From a virus: 64,000 nt of DNA. The DNA lies in the IMG/VR virus record IMGVR_UViG_3300047322_000608, positions 1 to 64,000 of that record. The stretch is one strand, 5' to 3'. Shown here one piece after another: positions 1 to 9,900 of this stretch (its first letter is position 1; the number at the start of each line of letters is the position of its first letter). A program made the translations under genes and the position numbers. The notes beneath the pieces were generated by a model. The model made no database searches, was not told the DNA's origin, and was given only the letters and a program-made list of their open reading frames with translations.

Positions 1-3
1 GAT

Positions 4-510
4 ATGAGTAACCACATCGAATCTGCTGCAAGCGTATCCTTTCCATCTGTCCTCATCAATCGATTTTGGGACAAGGTTAAAAAAACCTCGCATTGTTGGC
101 TGTGGATCGGCCAAAGCCATGGTGGTTATGGGAGGCTGGATTTCCGCAAGAATGGAGTGCGAACAATTTTTTACGCTCACCGCCTGTCCTGGGAGATCCA
201 TCATGGACCGATTCCTCCGGGGATCGACGTTCTCCATGAATGCGACAACCCGGCCTGTCAAAACCCGAAGCATCTGTTTCTTGGCACTCAACGCGACAAT
301 AATCAGGATAAAATCCAAAAAGGTCGGCAGGCTCGCGGTGAAAAGTTTCCGTTTCATAAGCTCACATCCGAATCCGTGGTCGCAATCCGCTCACGATACG
401 CCTCTGGCGAAATCACCCAGCAACAACTAGCTGATGAGTTTGGAATCTGTATCAGCCAGATAAATGGAGTAGTTAGGGGCATAGCGTGGAAACACGTTAC
501 CACCGTATAA
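4..510 (+). CDS. HNH homing endonuclease with C-terminal HTH
   Basis: HRLSWEIHHGPIP..VLHECDNPACQNPKHLFLGT..DN (HNH_3-type motif); C-terminal TQQQLADEFGICISQI helix-turn-helix; opposite strand to neighbours. Confidence 0.9.
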   Translation: MSNHIESAASVSFPSVLINRFWDKVKKTSHCWLWIGQSHGGYGRLDFRKNGVRTIFYAHRLSWEIHHGPIPPGIDVLHECDNPACQNPKHLFLGTQRDNNQDKIQKGRQARGEKFPFHKLTSESVVAIRSRYASGEITQQQLADEFGICISQINGVVRGIAWKHVTTV

Positions 511-727
511 AAGGATGCCCACCAATCGAGAGTAGGGCATTGCAAAGAAGAACCACCACGACGAGCACGACCAAGGCAATGGCGATTTTGTGAAATGGTT
601 CTGGGATGCCGATCTTTTCGATTCCCCACATCACCACGAAATAAATCAGCGCGGCGACAACAATCCAGATCACAGCCGAAACTATGGCATCGCCGCTGAT
701 CACGGCCAGAATTGGAAGGAGTTCCAT
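497..727 (-). CDS. small membrane protein with 2 hydrophobic helices, holin-like
   Basis: Likely start MELLPIL at 727; two long hydrophobic segments around a GIPEPF turn; at distal end of late operon. Confidence 0.6.
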   Translation of the reverse strand: MELLPILAVISGDAIVSAVIWIVVAALIYFVVMWGIEKIGIPEPFHKIAIALVVLVVVVLLCNALLSIGGHPFIRW

Positions 728-764
728 AAAATTAACCCCGGGCGCACCGTGAGGCACGCCCAGG
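728..764 (-). terminator. intrinsic terminator-like hairpin
   Basis: minus strand CCTGGGCGTGCC-TCAC-GGTGCGCCCGGG followed by GTTAATTTT. Confidence 0.45.
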
Positions 765-776
765 CGTTTGGAGCGT

Positions 777-1154
777 TTACGCAGTGGGCGGAGTTGGAGG
801 CGTAAGCGCGTCCAAAGCATCCAGCTTGTCGGCAATGGCCGAGCTGCGCGTCTGAATGTCGTCCAGCAGCTTTTGATCTTCCGGCGTGACCGTTCCCGGA
901 CTGTTTTGCAGCGCCGTGATCTTGTCGTTCAGGGTCTTCACATCGCCCTGCAATCCCGTAACTGCCGCATCCATGCGGTCGTTGAAGGCGTTCTGTTTGG
1001 TGGCGAAGTCACTAATTGCACTCATGATTTTCCTCTCTGTTTCATGGAGGTCGTGTTTGGTTACGCAATGCCCGCCCGACCCCAATGCAGCGTGCATGAC
1101 GTTTTTTATCTCACCCAAAAGGGCTACTATCCGTTCTTCTGGGTCATTCTTCAT
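777..1154 (-). CDS. coiled-coil hypothetical protein
   Basis: MKNDPEE start; heptad-rich C-terminal half ending in PPTPPTA. Confidence 0.7.
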   Translation of the reverse strand: MKNDPEERIVALLGEIKNVMHAALGSGGHCVTKHDLHETERKIMSAISDFATKQNAFNDRMDAAVTGLQGDVKTLNDKITALQNSPGTVTPEDQKLLDDIQTRSSAIADKLDALDALTPPTPPTA

Positions 1155-1179
1155 CAACTCTAAACCTACCGCACAAACC

Positions 1180-1214
1180 AAACAAAGCGCCAGTGGGGTG
1201 TTCCCCTACGGCAC
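1180..1214 (-). terminator. intrinsic terminator
   Basis: minus strand GTGCCG-TA-GGGG-AACA-CCCC-AC-TGGCGC followed by TTTGTTT, overlapping the stop of the upstream gene. Confidence 0.55.
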
Positions 1215-1616
1215 AACGGATTTTGAATTGCTCCAGTTGGTTTCACCGTGGACAGTCACGCGAAAGAGGTTGGTATCGCCAGGACACTTAACCTTCGCCA
1301 CCCACGTATCCAAATCGCTTCGTTTCCACGGCACATTGGCGTAGAAGCCTTCCTGCGTGGAGGCAACTCCCTGGTTTTGAAAGAGTACGTAAACGTCGAA
1401 CTTGCTGGCGCTTGGGTGCATGACCGTCAGGATCGCGTGAATGTGCGAGTTGGTTGCGCTGATGAGCACGGGCGCTTGCGCCATTGAGGCTTGCAATGGC
1501 TTGGCTGGCCAATCCAGAAACGGCCCAGGACCATGCGTTGATGTTTCAGCCGCTCCGAGCGCGAGCAAGCTCAAGCCACACGCGAAACCAAGGATCGTTC
1601 CACCAGTCATATTCAT
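1206..1616 (-). CDS. exported protein (signal peptide), beta-rich
   Basis: hydrophobic N-terminus ILGFACGLSLLALGAA; in tandem with fibre-like genes. Confidence 0.7.
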   Translation of the reverse strand: MNMTGGTILGFACGLSLLALGAAETSTHGPGPFLDWPAKPLQASMAQAPVLISATNSHIHAILTVMHPSASKFDVYVLFQNQGVASTQEGFYANVPWKRSDLDTWVAKVKCPGDTNLFRVTVHGETNWSNSKSVVP

Positions 1617-1622
1617 ATTGAT

Positions 1623-3791
1623 TTACCACGCATGACTAGCGGTTCCAGTCGCGTAGCTGATTGCCGTGCCAACGAACTTCCCTCCAGGCTGCAAGCGCAC
1701 AGGAGTAAAAGCGGCAATCGTCACGCCGCTAAACTCGGTTGTGCCTGCGTTATCAGTGAGCGATGCGCCCGTTGCGGCGGTTACGTAGAGAACTATGTTT
1801 GCCGTGAGCGTATTGGTTGCACCCGTTGCCGAGGTTGTAACCGTGCCAACGCCAAGCGAACTGAACCCGCCAGCAGCTCTAACAACCTTGTTACTCGTCA
1901 CACTCGCGGCCAACGTCCCATCCGCATCTGTCCAATGCTGATAGTCTACGGTGGTGCTATAGCCAGAGACGTGCAACACTGCCGCAGGATTGTTCGTATT
2001 GATTCCGATTCGGCCTTGCCCAGCAGGCCAGACTAATTCAGCGATGACACTGAAAATCGGATTATCTGAGAAATCGTTGTTGATGCCGAAAATCGGTTCA
2101 CCAAGAGGCACTGGATGACCGTTGCCATGATTTCCGATGAACATAAATAGCGGGTTCTTTTTGGGCAAAGCGTTAGTGCTGGCGTAGTTTGCAAAGAACG
2201 TTCTTACGCTGGCCGCGTTAACGTCGAAGTATCCGGTGCTTTCGGTTGCATCCCATGCTCCACCTCGATTGCCGTCAGCACCTAACTGAATTGACCAAGC
2301 AGAGTTGGTTCCAGCTACCGGGTTACTCTCGGGGGATGTGTATCCGCCTTGCAGTGCTATTTGATAAGCGGCGAATGCGGCGTTTGTATCAGTAGGTCGA
2401 ACGATGTTTCCAAAAGCATCACAGCAATAAGACGATATGTAGGCAACCAGATTGGTTGTCACAACCGGACCAGACCAGACCCCACTCGTCCCGTTCGTGC
2501 TGTATGCGGTTGCGATGTCGCCAATCATGGGCGTGCCGGACATCTTCAACGGAACATAGCCGTTGAACGTCGGTGCGCTTATTCCACCGCCGAAATAACT
2601 CTCCGCTGTTCCAGCCCCATAAAACGCCCATTTATTCGTGGCTGCATTGACGGCAGAATAATAGCCATAGTTCGCATCTGTAGCGGTGCCGATGTCCCGC
2701 GCATAGAAACTAGCAAGCGATGTCAGAATGGTGGGGTTGGAATATCCGCCGTCAAAAGGATCAACCATTGAAAACCCCTTGGCAAAGGTGACGACATTAG
2801 TGAAGCCCGCCCAAGTGTCCAGGGTGGCTGTGAATGCCGTAAGTTCTGGCAACACACCAACCCCGGAGAACCCCACCGCCGAATCCAAGCTAGAGCTATG
2901 CTGATCGGAAGTGTTCCCATCAAAGTAACCGCCCACTTCCAGCGTTGGGATTGATGGGCCTTCCATCGTGATCGAGTTGCCGAAGAAGAAAGGCGAGTTG
3001 GTTGGCGCTCGCATGGCAATCGCCACGTTTGCCGCTTTGATCGTGTTCTCGTAGATGTCGTGAGAGAAAGCGTAGGCTGGCGTACCGATATAGACGTTTG
3101 GCTGGTTTGCTGTTGGGACAGACACGTTGATCGTAAAGCGATTGGTTGAAGCAACTCCGAGAGATTGGTCGTTCAGAGCGGATGCGGAATCGTCAGCAGC
3201 AATTCCAATGTCGTTCACAGGCGACCCGCAGACTCCAAGTGTATTAAGGAATCCGGTCAAGAAAGTCGGGTCTGTTGGATAGGTCGATGGTCCAGTCATA
3301 CGATAGACTAAATATCCGATTGCATTCGTTGGGCATGCGCCTGGGTTGATGATCAAATAATTTGATCCATTCAGAGTCGCAGGGCCATTTGCCACTTGAG
3401 TCTCTGCGCTTAGTTCGGAAGCTCCAACGAGATTGATCCAGGCAACTAGATAGCCGTAGGTGGTCGAACCGGGAGTGCCGTGGACAGTTACTGTAGGCGC
3501 ATTTGGTGTTGGGAGGGCTATTCGTGCGATATTGAGAAGGCCGCTCCAAGCACCAGCAGTTCCACTCGTATCCAGAGCAATAGGCAGGTCGCCAATCGCG
3601 GGCGTGCCGGACATGGTGAGTGCGTTGGTGGAGCCACCACCGAGTGGGATTCCATTATAGGTCAACGATATTCCGTTATCGCTGAATCGATTGGTTTGCT
3701 TGTTCAGCGTGATGTACGGAAACGCCGCACCGTAGGACAGCAATGGAAGGAGTGCTATCGAAGCTGCTAACAATCGAAGAAAAGTTGTCAT
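1623..3791 (-). CDS. tail-fibre/receptor-binding-like protein with N-terminal signal peptide
   Basis: 722 aa, G/T/S/A/N-rich; GRIGINTNNPAAVLHV fibre-type motif; MTTFLRLLAASIALLPLLSYGA signal peptide; internal repeat MSGTP.IGD...A..T.GT.G.WSG twice. Confidence 0.7.
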   Translation of the reverse strand: MTTFLRLLAASIALLPLLSYGAAFPYITLNKQTNRFSDNGISLTYNGIPLGGGSTNALTMSGTPAIGDLPIALDTSGTAGAWSGLLNIARIALPTPNAPTVTVHGTPGSTTYGYLVAWINLVGASELSAETQVANGPATLNGSNYLIINPGACPTNAIGYLVYRMTGPSTYPTDPTFLTGFLNTLGVCGSPVNDIGIAADDSASALNDQSLGVASTNRFTINVSVPTANQPNVYIGTPAYAFSHDIYENTIKAANVAIAMRAPTNSPFFFGNSITMEGPSIPTLEVGGYFDGNTSDQHSSSLDSAVGFSGVGVLPELTAFTATLDTWAGFTNVVTFAKGFSMVDPFDGGYSNPTILTSLASFYARDIGTATDANYGYYSAVNAATNKWAFYGAGTAESYFGGGISAPTFNGYVPLKMSGTPMIGDIATAYSTNGTSGVWSGPVVTTNLVAYISSYCCDAFGNIVRPTDTNAAFAAYQIALQGGYTSPESNPVAGTNSAWSIQLGADGNRGGAWDATESTGYFDVNAASVRTFFANYASTNALPKKNPLFMFIGNHGNGHPVPLGEPIFGINNDFSDNPIFSVIAELVWPAGQGRIGINTNNPAAVLHVSGYSTTVDYQHWTDADGTLAASVTSNKVVRAAGGFSSLGVGTVTTSATGATNTLTANIVLYVTAATGASLTDNAGTTEFSGVTIAAFTPVRLQPGGKFVGTAISYATGTASHAW

Positions 3792-4102
3792 AAGTTAATC
3801 CAAGGTGCTGCCTTTGTGCTGCTGTACCAGAGAAAGCCAGTGTCTGTGTCGAGCACGAGGTATTTGGCAGAGGAGACTGGGGCCACGCCTCCAAGAGCTT
3901 GCTCGTCGACGGGATTGGCACTTCCACCTCCAGCGCCAATCTCTTCCCAGCCAGTCTTGGTCCCGATCGGAGTCGTCTTCCGATACCATTTCCCGGTTAC
4001 CGCCTGGATCACACCGGTCCCAGGCACTCCGTCAAGAACGCCTTCCGGATCGTTCATGACCCAGTTGAGTTCGGTTTGAAATTGAATGGCAGTTGCGTCC
4101 AT
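3788..4102 (-). CDS. small virion/fibre-associated protein
   Basis: start MDATAIQF; PEGV..G..G....G.WY.K.....TGW module typical of phage fibre proteins. Confidence 0.65.
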   Translation of the reverse strand: MDATAIQFQTELNWVMNDPEGVLDGVPGTGVIQAVTGKWYRKTTPIGTKTGWEEIGAGGGSANPVDEQALGGVAPVSSAKYLVLDTDTGFLWYSSTKAAPWINL

Positions 4103-4113
4103 AAAGATGAGGT

Positions 4114-6435
4114 TTAAGGATCTGCGGCGGTTGAAATAATCACCCACGCACCGTTGACGTAAGCGCGAAGGCCGGGGGTGTTGTCGGTCTGGTAAACAAG
4201 CATTCCATTCTCAGGCGTTCCAATCGCCGTCTTTTCAGCTTTGGTGATGCCACGCAAAATCACTGGACCTTCTGCGGTAACTTGGAACAGGTTTGTGGGA
4301 GTGCTTGGATAATTCGCTCCACCTGAAAGCCTGACTTTGAATGAAGGGATTCCAGCCGTCTCAATAGCATTCAGCCACCAACCAGCCTGTACGTTCTGGG
4401 CTTGCGCTGGCCCACCAGCAGGATTCCACGCATCTCCAGACATAATCAAAGCTGGCGAGTTATTGGACACACCTGCCGTTGCTTGGCTGATATGGCTGAC
4501 TGCAATTCCGTCTCCTCTTCCGTTTAGCGGTGTGGACACACCCATTGGATCAGCCGCGTGAAAAGTCGAACCGGCCAAATACTCAAACGTCCCGCGCCGG
4601 GCTTGCCAGATCGGCCAAACAGCAAAGTTGTCCAGCAGATTAAGGGAGGCGATTGAGCTTTTGGTTGAATTGTCAGCTTGATCCCATGTGTCCGCTTTCT
4701 GCCAGCGAATTTCACCAGCTGAAATGCCAACCCCAGTGGTCGTGTAAAGGGTTGTTCCAAAACCAGCAGAAGCCGAACTTGGAGAGTTGGTTCCGGCGCT
4801 GGATGCGATAATCCTCGTGGCATCGTTAACGACGTTGACGGCCATTTCGTTAGTTCCAAAGTTCCGAACCTCTAAAAGATTGCCGGTGGTGTGGGTTCTA
4901 TCCGTATTAAAATAGAAAGGGTTTACTCCATCTGAAGAATTTGGTCGCAAGTGGAATAGATCAATACTATGCAGGCTGTCAATCGCGCTTAGATTTATTC
5001 CATTTGTTGTGGATGATCCTTGAAGCGTAAGGCTCCCGCCGTTTGTATTGCTGGCGATGTAGATATTAGCTCCAATATCTTCGGCGTCGATTTGCAGGCT
5101 TCCGTTGACAGGAGAAGCGCCATTGCGTGTGTTAAGAAGAATCAAGTTTCCGTTATTTTCTCCGATGGAAATATCGCGTACCGACACTAGGGCTTCTGCT
5201 CCAGATGGAGATGGATAAAATGTCTCAGTGTTTGTTCCAACGAATAAAGCGTTTGAAATCAGAGGTCGCCATGTAAAATTAACTGGTTGCAAGTTAGTAA
5301 CTCCACCGACAATGTTGGTCACCCAATACCCTCCAGCACTGCTATAATGCCCAGCACTGTTTAGAAAGAGATTGCCGCTCCCATCATAGCCAGAATTGTC
5401 CGCGACCAAGAAGTTTGTCGATCCACGGTCAATCAACCGAATTTGTGCCAACCCATCAGGTTGAACAACCACCTCAAACTGGCTATTCGTTCCGTTGCTC
5501 GTAGCCGCAAGCGTTAGCCCTGCGAAGGGCACAGGATCACTCGTCGCGCTTACGAGAAATTTGCTGTGGTTGGTGAACGAAAGCGCGTTGTCCACGGCGG
5601 CGATATGAAGATACGTGGTAGGAGACTCACCCTGCGCCTGATCGTGAACGGCAACAAATCCGTCGCTATAATCAGGAACCCACCACGGACCGACACTCGC
5701 GCCAATGTCTACGCTCGCACCGATACCAGGGACCAGCGAAGTCAATGTGCCATCGTTCTGCCAATAGCCTTGTGCTGAGATGCCACCTCCAACCGGGGGG
5801 CGTGCAACTTCCGTCCAGCCAAGGCCGTTGTTGTAAAGCCAAAGCGACTCGCCGTAGCGAGTTGGTGTCCACGGGCTATTCAGGTAGTTGGTCTTCGTCG
5901 GATCAGCAACCTGCGCCTGCGTGGCGGGCATCGTGAACGAGTTGGTAGAGTTGTTGATCAGGATGATGAGCTGTCCAAAGCCGTTGCCGTTATCGACGTT
6001 TACCTGATCGGTGGCCGAGTTGGTTGACGATCCGGTGAGTCTCAACGTGGTCTTGTTGACCGCCGTGACGACGTTTGCGCCTGGATTGAGCGTGGCGGTG
6101 AAGTTGCCAAGCAGTTGCAGGAAGCCCTCTACGAACTCGCCGTGGGAGATCAGGTTGGTGGTCGAGACATAGAACGGACCTTTAACGGGATCGAATCGCG
6201 TTACGAGAATACCGGCACTGTTCGTCCATTCCCCGGAGACGCCGTTGGTCAGGATGAAATTGAAGATGTCGCCTGGGGTATCGGGGTGGCCGGTGCTGAA
6301 ATTGAGATAGATCCGGTGCGGGGCCGGTCCGTTGGTCTTGAATGATCCTGGGTCGAAGCTTTCGAATGTCGGATTTGCCGCTCGCAACGGAGCGGCGAGC
6401 GCGAGGATCGCCAGCGCAAAGAAAATTCGGTTCAT
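4114..6435 (-). CDS. tail-fibre-like protein with N-terminal signal peptide
   Basis: 773 aa; MNRIFFALAILALAAPLRA (basic, hydrophobic, ending LRA); C-terminal ITKAEKTAIGTPENGMLVYQTD..GLRAYVNGAW fibre-type module. Confidence 0.7.
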   Translation of the reverse strand: MNRIFFALAILALAAPLRAANPTFESFDPGSFKTNGPAPHRIYLNFSTGHPDTPGDIFNFILTNGVSGEWTNSAGILVTRFDPVKGPFYVSTTNLISHGEFVEGFLQLLGNFTATLNPGANVVTAVNKTTLRLTGSSTNSATDQVNVDNGNGFGQLIILINNSTNSFTMPATQAQVADPTKTNYLNSPWTPTRYGESLWLYNNGLGWTEVARPPVGGGISAQGYWQNDGTLTSLVPGIGASVDIGASVGPWWVPDYSDGFVAVHDQAQGESPTTYLHIAAVDNALSFTNHSKFLVSATSDPVPFAGLTLAATSNGTNSQFEVVVQPDGLAQIRLIDRGSTNFLVADNSGYDGSGNLFLNSAGHYSSAGGYWVTNIVGGVTNLQPVNFTWRPLISNALFVGTNTETFYPSPSGAEALVSVRDISIGENNGNLILLNTRNGASPVNGSLQIDAEDIGANIYIASNTNGGSLTLQGSSTTNGINLSAIDSLHSIDLFHLRPNSSDGVNPFYFNTDRTHTTGNLLEVRNFGTNEMAVNVVNDATRIIASSAGTNSPSSASAGFGTTLYTTTGVGISAGEIRWQKADTWDQADNSTKSSIASLNLLDNFAVWPIWQARRGTFEYLAGSTFHAADPMGVSTPLNGRGDGIAVSHISQATAGVSNNSPALIMSGDAWNPAGGPAQAQNVQAGWWLNAIETAGIPSFKVRLSGGANYPSTPTNLFQVTAEGPVILRGITKAEKTAIGTPENGMLVYQTDNTPGLRAYVNGAWVIISTAADP

Positions 6436-6440
6436 AACGT

Positions 6441-6872
6441 TCAGATTCCAACCCAGCCACCATTGCCGCCATTAAGAGTGGGATCCCATGGGTAGGCAAC
6501 CATTCCTTCCAACCGGTCGTAGTAGGTCGCGGCCAGGATTGGGCTCTGACCGACCTGGAGCCCCACCGGAGGGCCGTCTCCGACAAACACCTGCGGATTG
6601 CTTCCCGAACCGACGATGCCACCTAAGAGCTGGCAGAGAAGGTTGATGTCCTCCTCCATGTACTCCTGCTCGGAAAGGAATGGCGGAATGCCATGGACCT
6701 GATTCCAGAGACCTTGGACCGTGCAGTTGGCCATAAAGGGGGTTCCTCCAATAAGCTCGCAGAGAATGAGAAGGTGGTAGGCGTGGTGCTGCTGTCTTGA
6801 GAGGAACGACTTGCCTCCCGATTGGGCTTTAACCTGATCCCAAAGCCCAGGAATTGAGCATGTTGCAGGCAT
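6441..6872 (-). CDS. hypothetical virion-associated protein with tandem ~40-aa repeat
   Basis: C.I.GLW.QV...FLS.Q.....LLC.L.GG occurs twice. Confidence 0.7.
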   Translation of the reverse strand: MPATCSIPGLWDQVKAQSGGKSFLSRQQHHAYHLLILCELIGGTPFMANCTVQGLWNQVHGIPPFLSEQEYMEEDINLLCQLLGGIVGSGSNPQVFVGDGPPVGLQVGQSPILAATYYDRLEGMVAYPWDPTLNGGNGGWVGI

Positions 6873-6955
6873 CTTTAAGCAGCCTTTCTTTTTCGCACCT
6901 TACGCCGGCCGTATTGGATTGCGAGTGTTTTGTACAGGTTCCCTCATGGCCAGAG

Positions 6956-9900
6956 CTAGAAACTGAGCGCCAATTCCCGCGCTCTAGCAGCCGCCGCGGG
7001 GTTCGCTGCCCGTTGTTGATCCTTCTTCTGAGACCCGGCGAATGGCGCCAGGCCAAGGTGGGCACCGTAGTAATTGAACAGCCGCACAGCATCGGAAACC
7101 GCAGCCTGGCCTTGGTCGTCCAGGTTGGCGAGGATCTGTTTGTAATCGCGTTCGCTCGGGGTTACCGCAAACACGTAGCGCAATGGATGCCTTGTCTCAA
7201 ACGAACGCTTCACGTAATCGGCCGGGTTGTCCTTTCCGGCTTTCTTGGCTTCTTCTAGGGCGCCCAGGTACATCTCTCGGAACTCGGCTGGGTCGTTCGC
7301 GTATGCGGCGTATTCCATGCGCGCGATCCAAGGCGTGATCGGCGTTGGTGTGTTGTAGCCGCCTCCACCCGATCGGATGCTCATGCCTAGATCCCGGCCG
7401 GTAACGCGCAGGTAATTCTCGGCGTTGATCCTGCGGACGACGCGATTCTCGACATTGTCCAGGTCGAAAGCGTGATTGGCGATCTGCATGTACTGCAGCA
7501 TGCCGCCGCCGCCAATCGCCGAGATCATGGGCCGGACGACGTGCTGATAGTCCGCGTCGAAGTTCTGGTTAATGAAGGCGGAAACAGCTTTCTGGATCGA
7601 TTGGAACGATTGCATGGCGACCACTCGCTGATCCACAGACAGCATCCGATTGTCTCCCTGGCCTGTTCCGACGTTGATGGCTGAGTTGAGTAGCTCTCCC
7701 CAAAGTCCGAACGTACCGATCCGGTTGATCCGTTCCTGAATCCCAACCCAATCGTTCCCGCTGAGAGGCACACGCAGACCGCGTAGGTTTCGCTTCTTGC
7801 CGAGAACGTCTTCGCTGTAGGCGTCCACGATCAGGGAGAGACCCAGTCCGCCTAGACCGACCGCAGCCATGCCCAGCATAGCGGAGCTGGCCGCTTTGAG
7901 GGAGTTCTGTTCCTGGTTGTTGAGCCGCAGTCCGGCGACCTGCAATGCCCTGCGGTAGCTCCAACCCAAGAGTGGCAGGCCGAACCGAACCAGGCTATTG
8001 TTGAATGCCCACAGCGGCATGGTTGCGATGTTCGATTCCAACGAGATCACGTTTAACCCGACCGAGTAGATCCGCTCCAGTTCCTGGTTAGTGAGTATGG
8101 TTTTGTCCCCGTTGTTCATCCGGTCCAGAGCGCCCTTGGCCATTTCCGTAAAGTCCAAGCCGTAACGGCGATGGTCCGCTTCCCACTTCTCGAAGCTCAC
8201 CTTGTCCTGGCTTTTGAGTTTGAGCATCTCTGCCGTGAGCTTGGCTGTTCCTGGATTAGCCCGAAGATATTCGATTCCCTTGGCCACGTAACCATCTGCC
8301 ATCTCGGAGAGCGCCACGAACAAACCGCGGTTGGCCGAGATCACCGTTTGAAAGAACGGCGAGAGCGGCCGGAGTGGAGTGTATTGCGCTTTCTCTCCGA
8401 CTAGGTTGAGCGTAGCCGATTGTAAATCCTTGGCTTGCCGGAAGAATCGAGCAGCCCGGTTGTGCTCTTCCCCACTCAGCGTGGTAAAGATGTCCGCGAA
8501 CCGGCGCGCAACCTCCGGATCGTTCAGGCCCATCTCCAGGAACCTCTTCTCGTATTGGCTCGCCTTCAAAAACTCCCATCCAAGCCCTTGAGCCAGGGAA
8601 CCCCCAATGTCCTTGGCTGTCATCTGGATCGTGCGCGCCGTCGCCTTGGCTGTTGTCGGCGAAAGTCCCCACTGAGCCATGATGTCCAGGGTTGTGGCAA
8701 GCTGCGCAATGGCAGAGGACGGCTGGTTAACGAGCAGCGAAGCCAGCTCTCCGGATAACCGGATCCCCCAGCGGAGGCTTCCCTCTTCCTGATTGCCGCG
8801 CGTGAAATAGGTCGAAAGGTTTCTCAGGAACGTGTCCAGGAACGGAGCCCGCTCTTCCACCTTGCGCAGGTAGCGCAACCGATCCTCACCCGTCTTGAAC
8901 TGCGCCAGCATCGGGCTCGTGTCGGCTGCGAGAATCTTCTTGGCGGCAGCATCAACCTCTTTCTTCTGTCCGCTCGGAACAGTTCTTTCCGCCTGGGTGA
9001 GCGCGTCCTTGAGCTTGGCGACCAGCGCGCCCGCTTCGTCTTGAGCAGTCTGATACCAGCCGGCGAATGCTTTTCCGCCGCGGCCAAAGGTCGATTGCCA
9101 GGCAACCCGCTCCGCCATGCGCGCGTTATCGTTCCGATCGAACTTGTGATAGTCGAACCAATCGGCTGGCAAATGCTGGAACTGGCGCGCATCGATCATC
9201 GCATTGGGGACCATGCCTTCGATGTCCGCAACCTGGGTAGCCCCTTTTGGCTCAACCTTCCTGAGCGCATTATCGATCTCGTGATAGACCTGGGCCATCC
9301 GCAGCAGGCCGGACTGAACGTAATTCCCGACCGAATCCTGGCCGTTGTAGGCCTCGTGCAAACGCTCGAACATGCCGATCAGGTTTCCTCCGGCATCGTC
9401 GTAAGCCTTGGCAACCTCGGCCGTGTCCGCACTCATCGTCGTGCCGCTGTCATCGAGCACAGGCGTTGGGATTACCGATTCATCCGGCACATGGGTCAGC
9501 TTGTAGGCGAAGTCTTTCTCGACCGTATCGGTCATGTACTTCGCAACCAACGCTTGCGCCTTCGTCGGATCCTGGGCGTAGACGGTTCCAATGTCCTTCC
9601 AGGCTTCCGACGCGCCCGGGACACCTGCCGCTTCGTCCTTGGACCAGCCAGCCAGGCGCATGGTGTGGACCATGTTTCGGTACAGGTCTGAGAACTTGCG
9701 TTGAAAAGTCCATAGGCCAACAGGGATGTGTTTCCTTAATTGCCCGCCCAGCTTCGGATCCTGAACCAGCAATCCGCTTTCCTCGACCTTATGAACCCAC
9801 CATTGCCCGGAGTGATACGCGGAGTCCACGTACTCGCGCATCGCCTTCATGAACTCGGGCATCCGATCTTCGATCAACGGCCGGACCACGTCATGGGAAA

